In this document: positions 31,848-37,089 of the stretch, in pieces
Layout of the letters: each line of letters opens with the position of its first letter
Numbering within the stretch: position 1 is the stretch's first letter
IMG/VR virus record: IMGVR_UViG_3300009618_000019
Reading direction: 5' to 3' (one strand)
DNA: 37,089 nucleotides
Origin: a virus
Notes under the pieces: generated by a model
Databases searched by the model: none
What the model was told of the DNA's origin: nothing
Seen by the model: only the letters and a program-made list of their open reading frames with translations
Translations under genes and position numbers: made by a program

Positions 31848-34699
31848 TAAATCCTCGCCATCGGGTAAAATTCAAGACTGAAGCTTGTAATAGCTTGTGG
31901 AACTATCGGACCATTGCTGGATGATAAAGCAATGGAATAATACTTTGCCGTTGTATTTGCACCCGCACAGTAGAATTTCTTAGAGCCAAGAGAGCTAATG
32001 GGGCCTGTCTGTGTGTTGCCGGTCTTTAGAACGGTGCCACCGTTATTAAAATCGAGTTGCGAAGATGCTCCATAAAGTGTCACAGTAACAGGTGTATCCG
32101 CTGCTATAACCTCAATCTCGTTAATTGTTTTGATTGCCGTAGAATCTCCGCAGTCCTGCCAAGAGGTTTGTATATTCCAAGGAATTGAAGTGGTTGATGT
32201 ATAATCGTAACTCTGCACAGGATTGAAATAATTAACACCAAACAAGTTTCCACCATAAAAGCCGCCTCTTGCTTGTAGCTGGGGAAAGAACAAGTATTTC
32301 GAGCCTGGCGTAAAATCAGGTGCCGCTGTATATGAAGGGAACTGATAAACAAAACAAGCAGAGATGGTAAAACCTGCACCGCTTCCAAGTGTAAGTTCCC
32401 ACCGATACCACTTTTGTAGACGTGACTCCCAAAGCATAAAGATCGGAGCTGTTTGGCTTGTCAGGTAGAGTTCAAAAAAGACAAAGTTGTAAGGTCCTTC
32501 AGTCAACGCCGCAATTTTATGAACATTTACTTTCGCGGGATCGAGTGTCTGAAAGATGGGATAAACCGGCGTTCCAATTTCTCGATATGTCGAGAAATCA
32601 GAGTGCATTACTTTGAAGTCTTGTGTAATCCAAACAAAGCCTGCGGGCATACCTTCGGCATAAATAACAGTCCAAGCATCATTACTTAGAATACCTGTCT
32701 GTGCGAACGCCATGGAAGGAACTGAAAAATCTGAAGGACCAGAGCCATAAACAGTAAAGATGCTTTTATCGGTCCCGATGTGTAGATTAACACCATCAGA
32801 CTTCAAGCCGATAATTCTTTCATTGTTAAGCGCCACTGGAAGTTGATAATCACCAGGCCAACACTCTTCCCATTTGGAAGTGATCAGACCTGTTGCAGTT
32901 GTAACTTCTTCCAGGCTCTTTGAATAAAAAACAGTTTGTCCATCTGTTGCAAAGAGACGCCCTTGATGTTGTACTACATACAAGAAACCATTCGCTATTG
33001 GTGGTGTATTTAAGAGAATTCCGAAGGAGTTACCAGAAGGATCAGTGTAAGCCCACAGATCGGCTTCCAATAACGTATTTGTAATGTTGTAAGTGTTATT
33101 GGAATTATTCCAGGAATCTGGAAGATTGTCGTATACTTGTAACTTGTAAAAACCACCAGCCAACGTAAATGTACTCAGAGGATAAATATTAACCTGGTAT
33201 AGTGTTCCTAAACCGCCACCATCTGAAGAAGCTAAAAGAACAACCGTGTCAACTTGTGGGTCTATATTTGCAGCAGGAATTGAGATAGTTAAGTCGATTT
33301 GTGTAAAGCCTGCGGTTTGGTCAGCTGACGAAATATAAACAGGAATATCGCCAAGCGTCGCATCTACAGCCTGAATTAAGCCGCTTGTTAATGTATCAAA
33401 GACAGTTCCTGAAGTCGGTCCGTAAGGAACATCTTGTATCCATACATCTGAAGTATGGCCTGTCAAACTATTTTGAAGAGCAACTGTCCACTGTCTACCA
33501 CGCACAAAGCTCATAGGTCCCGCAACATCTGCACCTACAATTGTACCCGGTCCATAAGCATTTGTATTGACTTGCGTATAAACAGTAACATAACCCTGTG
33601 TTCCACCTGCAGGGGGTGCCGGAACAGTTACGTATCCTTGTGTATAATTTGCACCAGGAACAGAAACAGCAACCTTAACAATTGCTCCATTGCTGTCGGT
33701 ATAACAAATAACCTGTCCTCCATGCCCAGTGCCACCGGACACGTCTTCTACATTCAAAGTAAAGCTGGTGTTTGCACCGTAGCCTAAACCACTACCGCCT
33801 GTGCCAGTTCCACCTAGACCGCTGGATGGTACTTGTACCAGTTCAAATGTTGCTGGAGGACTTCCACTGGGCGTTGTTAACATGTCAAAAACAGTATATC
33901 CAGAGCCCCAAGAAAGAACGTGGAAGGCACCGATCGCATTTGAATAAGTAATAGAACCTGGACCAGAACCTGAGAAAACAGTATCTATTTGTATATCCAA
34001 ATTGGTTCCACTCCCTCCTAAAAGAGGTAGAACCTGACCTGCATAAAAGCCGCCTCCACGATTAAGTAAAGCCAAAATCCCGTTTACAATAGTGCCAGAA
34101 ACACCCGCAGGAAGAAGAACACATGGATAGTTTTGATAGTTTGTAGAACCGGGCGCAGAAGAAGGAATTGCAATTCCTACAAGGCTATTAGTGTTCTTTG
34201 TTGTATAACTAGGATTTACTTTACTAGGCGCATCAATGTTATTTCCATAATAGAACCAGCCCCGACTTGTACATGCCGATGTATAGCCACCTGAAGTGCT
34301 AAAGTTGGTTGGTTTATAGCCTGTAAATAAACTTCCCGAATCATTATAGACTGCAAAGTATTGATCGTTTGTCATGATCCAAAGATTTGTGTTTGCAGTA
34401 TTTACTACATCAGAACTAAGCTGTGGATAATTGTAAGGAAAAACCCTGGTAATCAATGCGTTCGTTGGTGCTGTAGAGGTTGTCGAAGGTGTAATTGCAG
34501 TTGATAAGCCCCAACGCCTGTTGAAACCTCCGTTGATGGCGGGACAAACATTTGTTAGGTCAAGAAAGGCCTGTGTGTTATTACTCGGGCCTGCTGCAAA
34601 AACATCCATGCCTGCGTCGGACATATACTTCCACACAACACGGTTGTTATGGCGTAAGTACCAACCCCAAAAGTCCGATGTTTGTGTTGTATGAGGCAT
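31847..34699 (-). CDS. probable tail nozzle/tubular-B-like virion protein (950 aa) with a Gly-rich central insert
   Basis: Size, beta-rich composition, and position between adaptor-like and ejection genes. Confidence 0.6.
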   Translation of the reverse strand: MPHTTQTSDFWGWYLRHNNRVVWKYMSDAGMDVFAAGPSNNTQAFLDLTNVCPAINGGFNRRWGLSTAITPSTTSTAPTNALITRVFPYNYPQLSSDVVNTANTNLWIMTNDQYFAVYNDSGSLFTGYKPTNFSTSGGYTSACTSRGWFYYGNNIDAPSKVNPSYTTKNTNSLVGIAIPSSAPGSTNYQNYPCVLLPAGVSGTIVNGILALLNRGGGFYAGQVLPLLGGSGTNLDIQIDTVFSGSGPGSITYSNAIGAFHVLSWGSGYTVFDMLTTPSGSPPATFELVQVPSSGLGGTGTGGSGLGYGANTSFTLNVEDVSGGTGHGGQVICYTDSNGAIVKVAVSVPGANYTQGYVTVPAPPAGGTQGYVTVYTQVNTNAYGPGTIVGADVAGPMSFVRGRQWTVALQNSLTGHTSDVWIQDVPYGPTSGTVFDTLTSGLIQAVDATLGDIPVYISSADQTAGFTQIDLTISIPAANIDPQVDTVVLLASSDGGGLGTLYQVNIYPLSTFTLAGGFYKLQVYDNLPDSWNNSNNTYNITNTLLEADLWAYTDPSGNSFGILLNTPPIANGFLYVVQHQGRLFATDGQTVFYSKSLEEVTTATGLITSKWEECWPGDYQLPVALNNERIIGLKSDGVNLHIGTDKSIFTVYGSGPSDFSVPSMAFAQTGILSNDAWTVIYAEGMPAGFVWITQDFKVMHSDFSTYREIGTPVYPIFQTLDPAKVNVHKIAALTEGPYNFVFFELYLTSQTAPIFMLWESRLQKWYRWELTLGSGAGFTISACFVYQFPSYTAAPDFTPGSKYLFFPQLQARGGFYGGNLFGVNYFNPVQSYDYTSTTSIPWNIQTSWQDCGDSTAIKTINEIEVIAADTPVTVTLYGASSQLDFNNGGTVLKTGNTQTGPISSLGSKKFYCAGANTTAKYYSIALSSSNGPIVPQAITSFSLEFYPMARI

Positions 34700-35346
34700 T
34701 AAACAGTAGCCGTCCCCTTCTTATACGCTTCATATTGCTGCGTCCAGAACTGTGCTTCCTGATCCAGGTGCAAGAACTGCGCAACATACTGATTTACTCC
34801 TGCAACTATCATATCCTCGCCGTCGTTAGGTACTAAAAGTACCTGCGACAGTGTTGTTACATCAGGCGCCTGAATCTCATAATGAACCTCGTAGGTCCCA
34901 TTGAAAGCAGCCTTCTGCGGAGCCGGAAAAAGCTCCAACGTATTTGCGCCTTCCAAGTGATAATACTTGGGATACTGCGCCATCGTCTCTGCGTTCAACA
35001 TCTCAACAGGGAGCTGTGCAGCCTGACGAGGAGAGCTTTGATCCCCGAGATTTGTGGGATATATAATACCTTCGACAGGCAATATAATCCGATCAAACGT
35101 ACGATCATAAACAAGCCCAAGTCGCCGAATCGGTCCTGCTCCATTAGCCAAAGTATACGAAGAAGTTCCGTTTACAACTGAAATTGTTTGTGTCGCGTGT
35201 AGCAGGAAGTTATAAATTCCTGTATGAAGCGCGTCCTTCTGGATACGATCCACCCACGACAGAAACAAAGAAGAATCCGGCGATGTAGGGGCCAGAACAT
35301 TTCTAAAATCAATCGAAGATGCGTTAACTATATCTTGTGCTTGCAT
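34699..35346 (-). CDS. head-tail adaptor/tubular-A-like protein (215 aa)
   Basis: Synteny; clear paralogy with the 35445-36944 protein. Confidence 0.6.
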   Translation of the reverse strand: MQAQDIVNASSIDFRNVLAPTSPDSSLFLSWVDRIQKDALHTGIYNFLLHATQTISVVNGTSSYTLANGAGPIRRLGLVYDRTFDRIILPVEGIIYPTNLGDQSSPRQAAQLPVEMLNAETMAQYPKYYHLEGANTLELFPAPQKAAFNGTYEVHYEIQAPDVTTLSQVLLVPNDGEDMIVAGVNQYVAQFLHLDQEAQFWTQQYEAYKKGTATV

Positions 35347-35361
35347 TTAAGCTCTCTATGG

Positions 35362-35432
35362 GAGGGGTTTATGGCCTGGTGGTTGGGTAAAGTAATTCAA
35401 ACCAAAGCACTCAACCAGGCTGAAAACCCCTC
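35362..35432. repeat. last IR element (8th pair): 19/20 and 17/20 motif arms, 31-bp interior
   Basis: 35362-35381 GAGGGGTTTATGGCCTGGTG and 35413-35432 AACCAGGCTGAAAACCCCTC, intergenic in the virion operon. Confidence 0.9.
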
Positions 35433-35444
35433 GTTTAATTTGTG

Positions 35445-36944
35445 TTACCAACCCATTGTCGGAATTCCTTGCTGGTTTCCAACAACATATTGCGAAACTT
35501 GGTCGGGTGCAATAAAGTCTGTTTTGCGGTAGCTTATGCGAAGGTCTCTGCGTATTTGAGCAAGACCTTGTTCAAAGTCCCGTTTCCACATGCCTATTTT
35601 ATACGGTGGCTCAACAATCTCGTTGCGGTTTGCATAAAGTGCAGCAAGATAGTTAACACCTGCGATTACAATATCCCTATAAGCATAGGGAATTTGTAGA
35701 ATCTGAGTGGGATTCGCACTAGTGATTTGGTTTCGTGTTTGGTAATAACGAAACTGAATTACGTAGGCATTAAGTGGTTGAATCGTAGTCGTTGTAGGTG
35801 GTTGTCCATTTATTGTAGCCGTAGTGGGGGGTGTCGAAAAAACATTTGCTTCAAGTTGACCTGATGTTGTAACTGTAATTTTCCAGGTCGAAACATTCCC
35901 ACTGTCGGTTAGGTAAATTGCTGGAAAGACATTAGTTGTATTGTTTCGATTAACAGGAACACTAACAGTTTCCAACATATAAGGAGGGCTTGTTTGAACC
36001 GTTACTTCCCACCAAGCACCATTACTATCAGAAATTGCCCATAATGCAGGAATATATGGACTGTCTCCGGTTGTGGTTGTAAGCTGTCCTGTTGGAAGAA
36101 TTTCTAAAAAAGTGTTGCTTGTTGCAGGCGGCAACGGACCCATACTTGGAATTTGGAGCGCACCTATGTTGATGCCCAAAACAGATTCAGTCCAATCCGT
36201 TCCGATTGGAATTGAAGTTGTATTTTGTCTGTAGTAGTTGTTGAGTGACATTCCAATGTAGACATTCCACCAACCATAGACAACTTGGTTGCCTGAAATT
36301 CCGCCGAGCGTTGGATTGGGAGAGTGTACTGTTACAAGATAACCGGCAGGAACAGCAATTGTAAAAGGAATCACACATTGTGTAGATTCACCGTTAAGAG
36401 AATCTACAAAGGTAATAATTCCGTAGTAGATACGTGCGGGAAGACTCCCACCTAAAAAGTAGGTAACTTCTGGTGTTTCAGGAACGGGGTAATAAAGATT
36501 CTGTGCATCTGGTACAGGCTTAAGAATGATTGTTCCTGGGCTGCTGATTAGATTTTCGTAAGTTCGTGGACAGCCATAACGAAGCGAGCCGTCACGATAA
36601 ATGAAGTAATTCAGGGTGGTCTGTGAGTCAGAATCTTCCTCAATTTTTGTCCAGGTAGTTAGATCAAATACAGAACCAGGCGCTATGTTCGCAAAATCTG
36701 TAAGCATGTTTTGCGTCTGAAAGGAGCCTGGGGGCGGTGTTCCATCCACTAAAGTATAGGATGCCACTCCTGGCATTGTTACAAACGTTTGTGGATCAGA
36801 AAGCAGAAAGCGCCACTGTGACTCACGCAGAATTCGTTGATGAATGCGATCTAAATAATCGTAGAGTGCCGTACGATTCGTTGTCTGACTTTGCGAATCT
36901 TGAATTACTGAATTAACAACGTCTTGTGCTTGTATTACAGGCAT
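35445..36944 (-). CDS. adaptor-like virion protein with a large internal insertion (499 aa)
   Basis: N- and C-termini align by eye with the 215-aa neighbour; GGAG RBS. Confidence 0.6.
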   Translation of the reverse strand: MPVIQAQDVVNSVIQDSQSQTTNRTALYDYLDRIHQRILRESQWRFLLSDPQTFVTMPGVASYTLVDGTPPPGSFQTQNMLTDFANIAPGSVFDLTTWTKIEEDSDSQTTLNYFIYRDGSLRYGCPRTYENLISSPGTIILKPVPDAQNLYYPVPETPEVTYFLGGSLPARIYYGIITFVDSLNGESTQCVIPFTIAVPAGYLVTVHSPNPTLGGISGNQVVYGWWNVYIGMSLNNYYRQNTTSIPIGTDWTESVLGINIGALQIPSMGPLPPATSNTFLEILPTGQLTTTTGDSPYIPALWAISDSNGAWWEVTVQTSPPYMLETVSVPVNRNNTTNVFPAIYLTDSGNVSTWKITVTTSGQLEANVFSTPPTTATINGQPPTTTTIQPLNAYVIQFRYYQTRNQITSANPTQILQIPYAYRDIVIAGVNYLAALYANRNEIVEPPYKIGMWKRDFEQGLAQIRRDLRISYRKTDFIAPDQVSQYVVGNQQGIPTMGW

Positions 36945-36986
36945 AATTTACTCCACCACTTATTCTGTTCGAAGCGCTGCGTTGGC

Positions 36987-37089
36987 TCAGTGCGTCGATT
37001 TGAATGCCGCTCCGCTGAATGTGCAGTACGCTCCTGTGTTCCCGGTGAGGCTCAAGGATTGACCAGCGGTGCCGTAGCCCCACCCATAA
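36987..37089 (-). CDS. 3' end of an upstream gene truncated by the window edge (YGWGYGTAGQSLSLTG...STH*)
   Basis: Open frame ending at TGA 36987-36989; frame choice uncertain. Confidence 0.35.
   Translation of the reverse strand, partial: YGWGYGTAGQSLSLTGNTGAYCTFSGAAFKSTH

Noticed and set aside
34311-34323. 13-bp partial motif GGTTTATAGCCTG inside the tail gene
   Set aside because: Both flanks are lost and it lies in coding sequence (GYKP); possibly a remnant but not counted.
858-35432. CRISPR array interpretation of the 20-bp repeats
   Set aside because: Copies are dispersed and inverted rather than tandem direct repeats with regular spacers; no cas genes, and the PD-(D/E)xK nuclease sits in a Sak4/SSB recombination context.
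509-35532. ORFs containing EGFIAWW or HQAINPS peptides (509-940, 3181-3519, 3263-3472, 12999-13220, 31391-31804, 35224-35532)
   Set aside because: The shared peptide is simply the translated DNA motif; these ORFs are antisense to, or overlap, better-supported genes or RNA elements.
36617-36826. GTGAGTCA matches resembling the promoter upstream box
   Set aside because: Intragenic, and lacking the CGTCTAATA box at the required spacing.

Overview
A ~37-kb segment of a tailed phage genome with a podovirus-like architecture reminiscent of phiEco32/Kuravirus. The + strand (about 378-22711) carries early and middle genes: three COOH-NH2 ligase (type 2 amidoligase) paralogues, a class II glutamine amidotransferase, an ATP-grasp enzyme, an ECF-type sigma factor, a PD-(D/E)xK exonuclease, a Sak4-like ATPase, an SSB-like protein, RNase HI, a UDG-fused family A DNA polymerase, nucleotide-metabolism enzymes, an RlpA-like protein and a tyrosine recombinase. 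The - strand (37089-22765) carries virion genes (two paralogous adaptor-like proteins, a tail/nozzle-like protein, a GNAT-like protein, three probable ejection proteins including a 1986-aa one) and a Tlde1/DUF2778-like protein. The two units converge on an intrinsic terminator. The most unusual feature is a dispersed 20-bp motif, GAGGGGTTTATAGCCTGGTG. I found 17 copies by eye (7 perfect). They alternate forward/reverse almost strictly and form 8 inverted-repeat pairs plus one orphan. The pairs enclose unrelated cargo of 31 bp to 2.7 kb: folded non-coding segments, a 314-bp gene cassette bounded by a 12-bp duplication of the motif core, and the recombinase gene itself. Other notable signals are two ECF-like bipartite promoter candidates, two tRNA-like genes with non-canonical anticodon arms, and an array of sliding-clamp-binding-like motifs in the giant virion protein. 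All protein calls come from motif recognition only; no database searches were run.
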